Shown here one piece after another: positions 12,219 through 24,949 of a stretch of DNA of 60,000 bases; position 1 is the first letter of the stretch; every line of letters starts with the position of its first letter. Position numbers and translations under genes: made by a program. The stretch spans positions 99,450,001 through 99,510,000 of the forward strand of contig NC_086107.1 in NCBI RefSeq assembly GCF_963921235.1. Direction: 5' to 3'. Below the pieces are notes generated by a model. It had not been told where the DNA came from. It searched no databases and saw only the letters and a list, made by a program, of their open reading frames with translations. Source of the stretch: Mobula hypostoma. Taxonomy: Eukaryota.

Positions 12219-13064
12219 CTGGAAGGAAAATGATTCCAAGTTACCCAATGGGAGTGAAGAGCACGACCCCAGGCTCTGTGTCACAGAAGCGGCAAGCAAA
12301 CACCATTAGAAAGACTCTAATCAATGGTCATAGCCGTTCAATGGCATTACAATCGCAGTATGCCCCACCATTACAAATCTGCAGGTCACCACTGGCCACA
12401 AAGACAACTGGGCCAGTCAAATAAATACCGTGAGCTCAGGAACCTTTGGAGTCTGGTGCAGCACGAAGGGTGCTGGAAGCGAGGGACGCCAGAGGGTAGG
12501 TTGCTGGGTGTGACTGGTGGGACAGAGTGAAGGGGGAATGAGAGGGTAGACGGGGAAGGGGATAAGGGGGACCAAGGAAACGGGGGAAATAGGCAAGAGG
12601 GTGAAAGGGAGTGACTGGCATGATAGAGGAGTAAGGGGAAAAGACCAGGGGCTGGGAGAAACGAGCAGGGTGGCAGATGGGTAAGTGAGTGGAGAGGTGG
12701 GGACCAGAGAGCCGGGGAGGGAGGGGGAGAACGGGGAATGATTTTTGCAGTCAGGAGTGAGAGTGGTTTGTCTGTGGACGCACTGAGGAGAAGGGGGAGA
12801 GAACAGATGGCCGTGAGGGGTGGGTGGATGGAGTAAATGTGGAGTGGGGTGTGTGGGAAGGAGGGAATGGCGGGCATTGCCCAGAGGCAGAGAAGTAGGT
12901 GGTTGGAGGGAATGTCAGGGATAGAAGGGCAAAGTTTGAATGGGACTGTATTAGCTGAGAGGGGGGCAGGGAGGAAAAGGTTTGCCAACGCAAGGATAGG
13001 AGGTTGTGTGGCCGGCTGAGGGGCCAGTCTCCGCTCACCGACGGACTTCTGGCCAGTTACTCAC

Positions 13065-13214
13065 TCCTTGATACTGCTGCTGACTGTCTGCCACAGGTGC
13101 TGAAGGTGCCTCCCCCTCAGGATTTGCAGCCTGTTCCTCGTGGTAATCAGCAAGGCACTGAAGTTCTTTTCCGGCCCGTCCAGCGTCTGCAGGTCTTGAA
13201 CGGAGCTGTTGCCA
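13065..13214 (-). CDS. FAM234B: FAM234B coding exon 8 (not in the supplied ORF track)
   Basis: Manual translation SGNSSVQDLQTLDGPEKNFSALLITTRNRLQILRGRHLQHLWQTVSSSIK. Acceptor CCCCTCTCAG|T, donor GGA|GTGAGT. 150 nt, phase 2 to 2. Confidence 0.92.
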
Positions 13215-13489
13215 CTGAGAGGGGAAGCAACGTTATCATGTCACAAACAACTGGTTCTCTCTCTCTCTCTCTCTCTCACATACACACACAGAGTCACACA
13301 CACACACACACAGTCACACAGGATAGAAACAGGATAATCCTTCAGTCTGCCATGTTCTTGCTGACCATTAAATACCTTTCTGTACTGACCCCATTTATCA
13401 CCACTGGGTCTAAAGCCTGTAATGCCTTGACAATTCCATTGCACATCCTGCTGCTTCTTAAATTTGTGAGAGTCGCTGCCTCCACCATC

Positions 13490-13800
13490 CCACTCTATTT
13501 TTACAACACTACAAAAGCCTATTCACACAAAAATACAGAAAATACAATTAAGTATTTACAAGACAGTGAACAAATTCACATTAAAATATGATTATTACTG
13601 TCTACAAAACAGCCAATTCCCTGGGAGGCCCACCATTCCACGGTGACCGGACACTCCCTCTTCAAGGACACATGGGCACAAACATATCCCTGGAAGAGGG
13701 GCAGGCAGTCGGCACGGGCCGCGCCCTCGACTACCTGCCGCCTTGGCCCGTGAATGGCCACCGTGGCCTGGTCCAGGAGCAGGACCCACCAGCAGATTCC
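13490..13800 (-). mobile_element. Tx1-like LINE 3' fragment
   Basis: Peptide VAIHGPRRQVVEGAARADCLPLFQGYVCAHVSLKRE resembles a Tx1 ORF2 C-terminus. Confidence 0.6.
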
Positions 13801-16800
13801 CCCAAGTGACCCTTCAGGCTGTGTGGTCCGGATCGCCACCATCCTCTGGGTGAAATAATTCTTCCTTTCATCTCTATGAAATCTCTTACTCCTTACTTGA
13901 AACCGATGTTCACAAATACTTCTGACACATGATGCAGCATCCTGCCATCTACCACGTCTACACTCCTCATAATTCAGTATAACTAGCAGGTCCACCCTCA
14001 GCCTCTCCTGCTCCAACCCATTCTCCTAAGAAATTAACCGTTCCATCCCTGAAACATTCTAGTGAACCTCCTTCGACCAACATATTCAATGGCCCGGCTA
14101 AACTCATCCTCTCATTGAATCCTCTTTCAATTCCACTCGTTTTCTTTGGATCAGAGACATGTCTACAGGAACTCACCGGGTCCACCCTAAGCCTGTCCCT
14201 TCATGGGATACATGGAATAACCATTGTTTCTCGCCGTCTCAGATCCCCACCCTCACCTTTCTTTCCCATACCTAAAGGGTGCTGTTTCCTGCATCCTTGC
14301 AGAATTTAAAAAGGTCACGACTTTTGCTGCCAACTTCTATCCTACTCTCACTTTCACGTGGTCCATATCGAACTCTTCCTTCTGTTATTTCAGGAGGCAG
14401 CCTGGTGTCCAATTTAATTACAAGCCTATAGACTCCCACTGCTAACTGGATTACGCCTCCTTCTACCCTGCAACAGAGCAGACTTCACTGTATTGGTTTT
14501 GGTCCTCCAGCCCCATCGCTTGTTACATTTTCTGTGCCGGTGGTCACAAAGTTACACAGAACAGAAACAGGCCCTTTGGCCCAGCTTGGCAGAGGCAGCA
14601 TGCGGGAACCTCATGCCGAGAAGGCTGAGAGCTGATGTTCGACTCCATTTCACTGACTAAAGCAGCAAGGGAGATTGAAACACGGCTTCCTGCCTTTCTA
14701 TTGCTGGGGGTTCACTCTGCTGCCAGAGAGGGGAGACTGCCTCTTTAAATTGCTGGTGAGATCGCTCTGCTACAGAGAGGGGAGACCGCCTTTTGTCGCT
14801 GGTGCAATCACTCTGCTACAAACAGGAAGAATGTTGCCCAGTTTTCCGCGTTTTGGATGTGGAGATTTTTAAAGTCATATGGTTTTATTTTGTATTCTGT
14901 GTTTTTCGCCATATCTTTCTTGGGTTTTTTTGTGTGCAGGGAAGAGGGATTTAGAGGTTAAATGCCTGTTCCATTTTTGTTCTTTTTTTTGTGCAGGGAG
15001 GAGATATTTAGGGGTTGTTCTTTTCTTTCTTGGTTTTGTGGCTATCTGGAGAAGAATTTCAGAGTTGCATACTTTGATAATAAATGAACCTTTTGTGCCT
15101 TTGAGTTCACCATGCTGATCAAGATGTCAACCTGAGTTATACTTCATTGTCGCCAAACAATTGATACTAGGACGTACAATCATCACAGTGATATCTGATT
15201 CTGCGCTTTCCTCTCCTTGATCACAAGAAATTTTTACAATCTCTCCTCTCAAGTTAGTCCCACTTGCCTGTGTTTGGTTTACATCCCTCCATCTGTACAC
15301 TGTTAAAACTCCTTTTACGTGTCGACATGTCTTCCTTTTACCCAAACCGTGGCTTTCCCTCAGCCGCAGGTGCAGGGTTTTCAGCGACATCCATTCCATT
15401 TCTCACACCCACTTCTTCCCACTCAGAGCCATGATAAGTTTCCCCCTTGCCCTCACTCACTGTCAGTCTTCACAATGAACAGACAATTGGCATCGTTCAC
15501 CACCCTCTCTCTGCCGATGCCTTCAACTGTGTCCAATTTCTCTCCGTCTCCGGTAATACCAACATTCCCTTCTCTGCAACTTAAAACATGTCCATTTTTG
15601 TTAAATTCTCTCAGTTCTGTTGAAAGATCATCAGATTTAAAAGTTCGCTCTGCCTTCACCAATGTTGCTTCATGTCCCGAACTTTTCCTTCATTTCAGAC
15701 TTCCAGCTATCGCTTTACCAGACACTGCATCGCCTATAACCAGAGAGTGAGAGAATAAAACTCCCTCTGAATTGACTGTGGACTGAAGAGGAAAGCAGAA
15801 CTGGCTGCTGAGGTACAAATTTGGCTGCAGGATCTGCAACACAGGTAGCGGGGGTAGGTGCGGAAGATCAGGCAAAGGGAACAAATTGTAATTTATTGCC
15901 ACCGACAAACACACCCATGAAAATTAGCTTTTTCCAGCAGTACTATATATGTACTGTGGTTCAACCCAGTTACAACTGATGCGAAGGCAGAAGCATTTCC
16001 GGTCTTACTGATAAGTGTTTGGGCAATATATATTAATTAAACTTAATTTTTTTGTAGTAAATTATATTTGTAGCGGTTAGCGTAAAGCTATTGCAGCACC
16101 AGCTGTAAGGTTGGGGCTCACTTCCCACTGCAGTCCGTCAGGAGTTTGCACATTCTCCCCGGGTTCTCCGATTTCCTCCCACATTCCAAAAAGATGTCCG
16201 GGTTAGGGTTAGTGAGTTGTGGGCATGCTAAGTTGGCACCAGAAGCATGGCGACTCCTGCAGGCTGCTCAGCACAATCCTCGCTGATTTAATTTGATGCA
16301 AAACGATGCATTTCACTGTATGCTTCAATGCTCATGTGACAAATAAAGCTGATCTTTCTTTCCCTTTAATTCCTTTGTGGAGCTTTGAACTAGCTATCAG
16401 TGACCAGCAGGGGGCAGTGTTGTCCAGGGCTCCAGCTCACACCTGCCAAAATATATATGGGGCAGAACGCACGCTCAGAACATTTGGAGGGTTGTGACGG
16501 CCACAGGTTTAGCCAGGGGAATTGGTGAAATTACCCCAGGGTCCACTACTCAAGTGAGAATACAGGCTGGCGGACGGGCAGTAACAAATTCAGCAGCCAA
16601 TTCCTGGATTACCTCAGGAATTAGTTAGGTTACTCCAGGGTTGAATTACACTTGAACGGAGATGAAGAGGAATTTCTTTAGCCAGAATGTGGTGAACCTG
16701 TGGAATTTGTGGCCACAGGCAGCTGTGGAGGCCAGAACATTAGGTCTATTTACGGTGAATGTCGACAGGTTCTTGATTAGTCAGGGCATGAAAGGATACG

Positions 16801-16899
16801 GGGAGAAGACAGAATGGAGTTGAGAGGATCACTCACGATGAAAGGGTAGAGCAGACTCGATGGGCTGAATGGCCCAATTCTCCTCCTGTATCTTATGGT

Positions 16900-17217
16900 A
16901 CTTATTGCCTGTTATGCCACTGGCATTTAGGGCAACAATGAATGCCCTCCATCTCTCTCTGTTTGGAAGGATTCTTCAATGCTGTTTCTGTAACAAGTGT
17001 TTTTTAACCAGTTGTTGGCCCTGAGCTGAACCCCTGAACCTGGAGGTCCAGTAGACCACTCTTAATCTGGCCTCTACCCTTTCACCTGTTTGGCATGGGT
17101 GACTTGACCAAGAGCCAAAGCACAAGACCCTGACTCCAGCCAACATAGCTCTCCATGTCACTGAGGCACACAAGCCTCCAAACCCTACGACAAGCTTGTA
17201 GTCCTCTTGGAGGCTTC
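16900..17217 (-). mobile_element. Non-autonomous RTE-like element inserted in a CR1 3' tail
   Basis: Minus-strand 5' end CTTGTCGTAGGG...GGCTTGTGTGCCTCAGTGA...GAGCTATG resembles RTE-clade 5' UTRs. 8-bp TSD CTTATGGT. Confidence 0.6.
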
Positions 17218-18295
17218 CTTATGGTTTTATGGTCTAATTCCTGGTGTAATCCGGTGATCAAATGGGATTAGTTGTGCTAACCCAGAGTCAAGTGAGATTA
17301 ACCCTGGGTCTATGTTAGATTAATTGTTGACAGTTATGGTGTGGGGATTCACTGCTCTTCCGGCTTAGTGAGACAGTCTCTCAATGAAACCTTCTCCCTC
17401 CTGCCAGACTAAATGTACAGTACAAAACTACATAGTCTCCTGCATCAAAGGTGGGGGCGAGGTTGTGGAAAGCAGCAGAACCCCCTCTGTGCATTCAGTG
17501 TTTCACACGAAGCAACTAAACTGCCAAAGCTGATAAACTAACAGAAAAAGTAACCATTTTGCATGGAGGGCAGCATATGTGGCAAGAAAGAGCATTTCTG
17601 GTTATTGGCCTTTGACTACTTAACGAAGATGAGTGACCTGAAAAGGTCACGGTTAAACGATACTCTTCTCCTTTGCCCGACGAGGACTGTAGGTCCTTGT
17701 GACTGACAGGCAGGAAGTAGGAGAGAGACAGCGTGCTCCAAAGGTCCTGCTGTGAACCTGCAGGCAGGCACCATACCTGCCAGCTACCCTATCTCTACAT
17801 TACATTGTTCGCTGGCAGGCAGGGTGATGGAAAATCACAGCTCCTTGTGTCCTTGGTTCTATTCTTATTGCCTGCTTTCCTTCTCTCTCACTGTGTCTAT
17901 TGTTAGGATGAACAAACCAGGCCTCTTTCCCCTGAAGAGCTGGAGTTGGGAGAACAGTTTAAGTTAGAAGTTATTATTGACAGAGACATTGGGACAGCCC
18001 TGCAAAAACTGGAAGCCAGTGGCAGAAACCATAAACCTTGAAATTACGCAGAGTGTTTAGAAGAAAGTGCCTTTGCCCTGAGACTGATGTACAGGAACCC
18101 GGGTTCAATGCCTGCCGCTGTCTATAAGGAGCTTGCACGCTCTACCCGTGACCGCGTGGGTTTCCTCCGGATGCTCTGGTTTCCTCCCACAGTCCAAAGA
18201 TGTACTGGTAGATAGGCTAATTGGTTAGTGTAAATTGCCCCACGAATGGGCTCAGATTAAATCGAGGGATTGCTGCGTGATTTGGCCCAAAGGGC

Positions 18296-18600
18296 CAGGA
18301 TGGTCCATTCCACACTGTATCTCAATATGGTGCACCCGACTTCAGGGAGCAGTTACGTTAAAACACGGACATCAGGATGGTCCATTCCACACTGTATCTC
18401 AATATGGTGCACCCGACTTCAGGGAGCAGTTACGTTAAAACACGGACATCAGGATGGTCCATTCCACACCGTATCTCAATATGGTGCACCTGACTTCAGG
18501 CAGCAGTTACGTTAAAACACGGACATCAGGATGGTCCATTCCACACCGTATCTCAATATGGTGCACCCGACTTCAGGGAGCAGTTACGTTAAAACACGGA
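18296..18600. repeat. 77-bp tandem repeat, 4 near-identical copies
   Basis: CAGGATGGTCCATTCC starts at 18296, 18373, 18450 and 18527. Confidence 0.95.
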
Positions 18601-18983
18601 GAACGGGAGCAGGTGGAGGCTCCTTCCTTTGATTCGATCATTTATATTCAGTATCCTGTTTTACTTTACTCCCCAATCCTTTGAAGTCTTCAAGCATTGA
18701 TATTATATTTAACTCCTGGAACATATTAAACAATGTGTCCTTGTTACATGTTTCAGGTTAAGATAGGGGGAGAGGGGATTACAATGTCAGGAACCAGACT
18801 GACTGTCATTGAGCATCTGTTGGGTGCAATGCGGGAAGGAAGATGGTACTGAAGAGAGGAGCTGCCTCTGTACTGACAGAGAACGGCTGGTCGATCGTGA
18901 ACGCAGCCATGATTCAGCCTGGCCTACTGGCCTGAGTGTGCTGTATATTCCATGCCAGGTATACCTCGCCTCCCACAGGCCGG

Positions 18984-18985
<2 letters not shown>

Positions 18986-19061
<76 letters not shown>
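18986..19061. repeat. (CA)n microsatellite
   Basis: Uninterrupted CA run of about 75 bp. Confidence 0.97.
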
Positions 19062-19063
<2 letters not shown>

Positions 19064-21200
19064 CTAGCCAGCTGAGGAAGACAGACAGGCACTACAGTGT
19101 ACCGTCCCCTACCCTGGATTTCAATGCCAGGTTTTGGCGACGATGGTCCTGCTGCAGGGTCTCGGCCCGAAACGCCGACTGTTCACCATTGATGCTGCCT
19201 GGCCTGCCGAGCTCCCCCAGCGTTCTGTGCGTCTCGCCGACAGGGATGAGGCTCGTTGCAGTCCCGCCACGTTCCACGGCTCCTGGTTGTGCTGCAGTCT
19301 AGCGACCAGGGTGACGCTGAGAACCCTGGCCTGCCTACTTGACGCATTCCTGATTGACAGAGGGGGCGGCGCAGGACAGTAAGCTGCCTCCAGCGACAAG
19401 AGCTTTGATCCTGACCTCGGGCACCATCCGTGCGGAGCTTACACGTTCTCCCTGTGATTGTGTGGGGTTCCTCTGGGTGCTCTGATTTCCTCCCAAAACC
19501 CACAGCCTGATGAGTTAACTAGCCAGAGTGAATTGCCCCTGGTGTGTGGGTAACCGTATAAATATGGGGAGAATAACATGGGATGAGAGTAACCTTAATG
19601 CAAATTGGATTTGATGGTCAGAACAGAAGGACCTATTTCTCTGTGGTATGACCAGGGCCCTGTGACAACGGGAATCCAGGTTCGTACGGTACAGTGCTGG
19701 AAATGTTGCTTCAAACTGACAAAGAAGCACACCTGCCCACTACTCCTGGTGGGAAGCAGGCCGAGCCAGCCCCTGCTCCTGTGTAATCACTGTCACTGAG
19801 TTTCCCCGAGCACACCTCGTGGGTGTGCAGTGAGGGAAGGAGAGCGGAGTCGGTGGTCAGGAACGGTTCGTCTGCAGAGAGAGAAGGTCAAAGGCAGCCT
19901 GCCCCGACCGTGTGCACACGAGCTGATGCGTGGGTCCACAACCTGAACATGCAGTGAACCTAGAGCAGACAGCAGTACTCCAATATCGACAGGTAGGTAT
20001 ATTACGTCCTCACAGAGCGCAGGAAGGCTAGACCAGGGATTCCCACCCTGCGGTCCACGGACTGCTTGATTAATGGCATTGGTCTATGGCATATAACAAA
20101 AAAAACTGGGAACCCCTGGCCTTGACTATACAGGAGTAATCTAATATTGAAGGGGATGCACAGTATATCGCACCCTCACAGAGCCCTGCAGTCTGTACAG
20201 CTGAGACTACAGGATCCGTACACAGGCAACTCCCACGGTCTGTACACAGGAGAGCTGTTTGTGCCACTTACAGTCAGTACACGGGCTAGTCCTGCAGTTA
20301 AAACACCCAAAACCACAATACCTAATCCCTTCACCCAATAGTTAATAGAAAAAAAAGATTCAGAGGATATCACTCGGTCACGTATATACTGACCTGTACT
20401 CCCAGCTGCCAAAGTCATCTTTTAGGATGTTTTCCACTACTGATATTTCATTGCAATCTCTTGAAAGATAAGCCAAAATGGCTTTCTAAATACGTGACTG
20501 ACTGCAGCCACAGGTCACATTACTGCTATTTTAAGCAGTAGGATAATGAACTTATTTTGGCATTATTCTCACTACGTGACTTACTGCAGTTGCCTAGAAT
20601 AGGACAACATCACATGCAAACCCCTAGAGACAGCCACAAAGGCCCGTATTAACATGCCCTTCTTTAACCTACCAACAACATGAGTTACTCATTCAAGATT
20701 AGTTTGCACTGACTGATAGACTCTGAAACCTTTCCCTCTTTGGCAAGATGCCTTGACCTACCTGGCCTCTGCTCTCAGACGTACTTTAACACTTCTACTG
20801 TATCAGAGGGGTGGGAGGGGGGGGAGGACTCATTTCACTGTACAGGTCAATACTATATACACCCCAAGGTCGCTAGACCCCACATTAATGCCATTAATCA
20901 CAAGATATCTGAATATCATCACATTGCTGTTTGATGGAACTAGCTGAGCAATAATACCTGCCCTTTCCTCTTGGGCACACCTACTGCTAATGAATGTTGC
21001 TTACAAAGCTATAAAGTCAGGTCACTGTGCTCAAATATGGCAAGGGCACAATCTGCTTGAACGCTATTTTCAAACTGCGGTCAAAGAAGTGAATAGCAGG
21101 TGCAAGGTATGTAGAACTGTGGCCACATTCGCTGAACAAAGACCATAGTGTCTGACCACGATTCCAAAATAAGAAGGATTGCACATGAAGTCCACTCACT

Positions 21201-21921
21201 TACAAGGAGTGATTGATTGAGTTCGTGACCTAAGGTAGAGGGAGTCAATTTTAGAAAACCTAGCACATTTATTTTTCAACATAGTCCCCTCCTACATGTA
21301 CACACTTAGTCCAGCGGTCGTGGAGCATACGGATCCCTTCTTTGTAGAAGTGGTCCACAGCAGGCAACACACATCAAAGTTGCTGGTGAACACAGCAGGC
21401 CAGGCAGCATCTCCAGGAAGAGGTACAGTCGACGTTTTGGGCCGAGGCCCTTCGTCAGGACTAACTGAAAGGAGAGCCACAGCAGGGGTGATTAATAAGT
21501 TCGTGGCCTAAGATGAGTTACTAACTTCAAACTTTCCGCATTATCACTCAAAGAGTTGAGCTGCACGTGCATGTAACAAGAGCGTCTTGGACCTCCAGGT
21601 GGTCCACAGCAGGGGTGATTGATAAGTTCGTGGCCTAAGGTAGAAGGCGATGAGTTACACAGCTCTCGTTACATGCACGTGCAGTTCAACTCTTTGAGTG
21701 ATAATGCAGAAAGTTTGAAGTTTCTCCTCATCTCCTTCAGGCTACTCACTTATCAATCACCCCCGCTGTGGACCACTTTCTGGAGGTCCAAGGCGCCGAC
21801 TTCTACAAAGAAGGGATCTGTATGCTCCATGACTGCTAGACTAAGTGTGTAAATGTAGGAAAAATAAATGTGCTAGGTTTTCTAAAATTGACACCTGCTA
21901 ACTTAGACCACGAACTTATCC
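21201..21921. mobile_element. Mariner-like MITE with long inverted arms and internal TIR copies
   Basis: About 21215-21350 is reverse-complementary to about 21798-21921. Inner inverted pair at about 21520-21583 and 21662-21722. TIR-like GGGGTGATTGATAAGTTCGTGGCCTAAG recurs internally. Confidence 0.75.
21365..21476 (-). mobile_element. Short Penelope-derived insertion inside the MITE
   Basis: 10-bp direct repeat CCACAGCAGG at 21355-21364 and 21477-21486. Contains the family motif CTGACGAAGGGCCTCGGCCC on the minus strand. Confidence 0.75.
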
Positions 21922-22639
21922 CCAGTTCACCCCCTCCCCTCCTGGTACATCAAAGGGACATGGAACCTTCTCAACTACGTTGGCTAGGAGAGCTATTCTA
22001 TTGTCCTGGAAGGATCCCAATCCACCTACTGTATTTTTTTGGCTCTCCTCCATTATGTCTTGTTTAAGTTCGGAGAAAATAAGGAGCCAGACGTTTGATA
22101 CATCTTTTAAATTTGAGCAAACTTGGCGACCTTTTATTCAATATTTTTAGATGATCTAATTCTTTTTACTTTTCCAGTTAATTTTTTTTTTCTCTGCCAA
22201 GTTTTAGATTTGATCAGAAGGATTTTCCCTTTTTTTTAAAACACTGTCCTCAAAATGGACTGCCCAGTCCCCCCTTTTTTTTATTGTTTTAGGTTAGTTT
22301 AGTGGGTTTTTTCCCCTCAATAACAGGAAATCTCGAGTCTTCTTTTTCCCTATGAACTGAAAGAGAAGAAGTGGTTCTCTTGTCTCTTTATATTAGCTTA
22401 ATACTATATATGATTTTGACACTGTATATTCCTTTCTTTGTTTGTACTATTATTGAAATATGTATTTGAGATAACCTGTCCTCTGGTTTGTATTTATCCT
22501 TATTCTTTTAAATCAATAAAAAAAAAGATTGAAAGGAAAGAGATGGAACCAAATTTCCCAGCACCAATGTCAGAACACAATGGCATCAGAAAGCCCCCAG
22601 CCCCTTTCTTTCATTCCACCTGCCACAAGTAATAGTCAC

Positions 22640-22781
22640 CTGTACACCTGCAGGACTCCAGACAAGTTTCCCTCATGCTTCCATTCCACGGCGGAGTCCT
22701 CTTTCCACAGAGACGGGGGCAAGCTGCCCTTGCCATTCGCTTGTTTGTATATGTCCCTCACAGACACAGCTTGGATGCTCC
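22640..22781 (-). CDS. FAM234B: FAM234B coding exon 7 (not in the supplied ORF track)
   Basis: Manual translation GSIQAVSVRDIYKQANGKGSLPPSLWKEDSAVEWKHEGNLSGVLQVY resembles FAM234B GNIQAVALRDIFVQA. Acceptor TTCTTTGAAAG|GG, donor CAG|GTGACT. 142 nt, phase 1 to 2. Confidence 0.92.
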
Positions 22782-22956
22782 CTTTCAAAGAAAGGACTGT
22801 TAGTGAGAGCGGAAGGATCTTTTCATTATTCTAACAGCAGGTGACCACCCCCTACCCCCTCCACTTGACTGACTAATAGTGGCTTTTGAGTCACCGAGCT
22901 TCCCTTTCTATCAGTTAAGGCACCGTTTATAAAATCATGAGAAGCAGAGACAGGAT

Positions 22957-23335
22957 TGGGTGGTGGGGTGGAGATACGTCTCTACCAAAGGAGGTGTGAG
23001 GTGCTCCTTCCCTGTGTTTGCCTGCAGGTCACCCTTGGGCAAGGTGTAGCACCTGCTTAGCCCCCATTCAGGGTCACGTGAAGCCCTGGGAGCAGGTGGT
23101 GGATGGTCGTATGAGCAGCTGGTGCACATCACAAGTCCTGGTTATGCGACCACTGACGCCAGGCAGACAATCTCTGACGAGTATTGATAATGGCTGGGGT
23201 CACCAGTCTTGTAAAGACACAGCCCAGAAGAAGGCAGTGGCAAACCACTTCTGTGGAAAAATTTGCCGGGAATAATCACGGTCATGGGACCTGACCAGCT
23301 TTGTCACATAACACGGCTCGTGACGATGATGGCAA
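22957..23335 (+). mobile_element. RTE-related non-autonomous element (about 380 bp)
   Basis: GGGTGGAGATACGTCTCTACCAAAGGAGG head, GGCAAACCACTTC 3' motif, (GAT)n tail. Further copies at about 2073-2435 (-), 48671-49054 (-), 51177-51547 (+) and partial 51645-51740 (-). Confidence 0.7.
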
Positions 23336-23745
23336 TGATAGACAGGAGAGACAGCATCTTTTCTCCCCCCAGGGTAGGAATGACAAATGCTAGACAGCAC
23401 AGCTTTAAGGTGAAATGGGGAAAGTTTAAAGATGATACGTGGGCCAAGTTATTTTTACATACGTGCCTCGAATGAGCGGCTGAAGTGGTGGTTGGAGCAG
23501 ATATGATTCAGGGACTTTTAGACAGGCCCTGGGGTTTGCAGGGAATGGAGAGATATGGATCACGTGTGGGCAGAAGGAATTAGTTTAATGTGGCATTGTG
23601 GACTGAGGGTGCGGCTCCTTTCTGTGTTCTACGTTTGGTGACTACCTCGACAAGTCTAAGTCCATCTGGAAATTAAATGACCATCGAGCCCAGAGTTCTG
23701 GGAAAAATAAAACAGCTGACAAGCTAAGCAGGTACATTTGTCCTA

Positions 23746-24211
23746 GTCATAGTCATAGTCATACTTTATTGATCCCAGGGGGAAATTGGTTTTCGTTACA
23801 GTTGCACCATAAATAATAAATAGTAATAAAACCATAAATAGTTAAATAGTAATATGTAAATTATGCCAGTAAATTATGAAATAAGTCCAGGACCAGCCTA
23901 TTGGCTCAGGGTGTCTGACCCTCCAAGGGAGGAGTTGTAAAGTTTGATGGCCACAGGCAGGAATGACTTCCTATGACGCTCTGTGTTGCATCTCAGAGGA
24001 ATGAGTCTCTGGCTGAATGTACTCCTGTGCCCACCCAGTACATTATGTAGTGGATGGGAGACATTGTCCAAGATGGCATGCAACTTGGACAGCATCCTCT
24101 TTTCAGACACCACCGTCAGAGAGTCCAGTTCCATCCCCACAACATCACTGGCCCTATGAATGAGTTTGTTGATTCTATTGGTGTCTGCTACCCTCAGCCT
24201 GCTGCCCCAGC
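23746..24211 (-). mobile_element. Rex/Babar-L2-like LINE 3' fragment
   Basis: HPLHNVL...RSTFSQRLIPLRCNTERHRKSFLPVAIKLYNS peptide and (ATGACT)n tail. Near-identical plus-strand copy at about 27170-27443. Confidence 0.8.
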
Positions 24212-24949
24212 TGAGGAAAATGAGATCAGTTTCTGATAAATTCATTGCTAGATTGCCGGGATTCACATAGCGCACCGCTACATAACTGAGCAACTCCTCC
24301 CTTCGCTTCCATTGTCACCAACTCTCCCTCCCACCACCGCTTCTTTGATCATCTCCTCTACTTCCTGACTTTTTATTTTGGGAACGCTCCGTGCGGCCTT
24401 CACAGGGCAATATGTCATTCCGTACCCCATGGGAGCTTTATCAAAACAAACAGTACTATAGCAGCAAGGGGCACGTGACCAAAACAATTAGTCAGTGATA
24501 TTGCCAGCCAGTCTTAAAGTAAGGGAATGTATAGGATGTGGAGAATTAGAGAGTGAATTCCAGAGTCTAGGATCAGGACAAGAGAGGGCACAATGGCATT
24601 AACGAAGCTACTAATTGACTTTGTGATAGCGCAGATATCAGACAGGAACTTCTGTATCCAGAGCTAAATAGGCGTGTAGATCCAAGATAAATGTCTTTCA
24701 AAAAGATTCAGTCAGTAGCTGGTGAAAATTTACCGAGGGAGTGTGTTTCAAAGAAACTTGACTCCTACCCTTCTTTGGCACCAGATGCCGGATGATCAGC
24801 CCTGTAATTAGTGGAGTCGGGGGAGAGTGCAGTCCAGATGAGGCTCATCACGGCACACAGATTAATCACAGCGTAGGAGGAGGCATTCAATCTAGTGACC
24901 TGAATCAGCCATCTTGTTCAGTCCTATTAACTGGCTTTCTCTTACTCTG

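Noticed and set aside
13004..13591. 195-aa plus-strand ORF
   Set aside because: It is the antisense shadow of FAM234B exon 8 plus CT/CA microsatellite sequence.
18296..18600. Regularly spaced repeats as a possible CRISPR array (also 5869-5963)
   Set aside because: Whole units are duplicated head-to-tail with no unique spacers, there are no cas genes, and the context is a eukaryotic intron.
24212..24490. Unique-looking segment with short ORFs fused to a LINE fragment
   Set aside because: No recognisable protein motif or usable splice pattern, and the FAM234B exon chain is complete without it.
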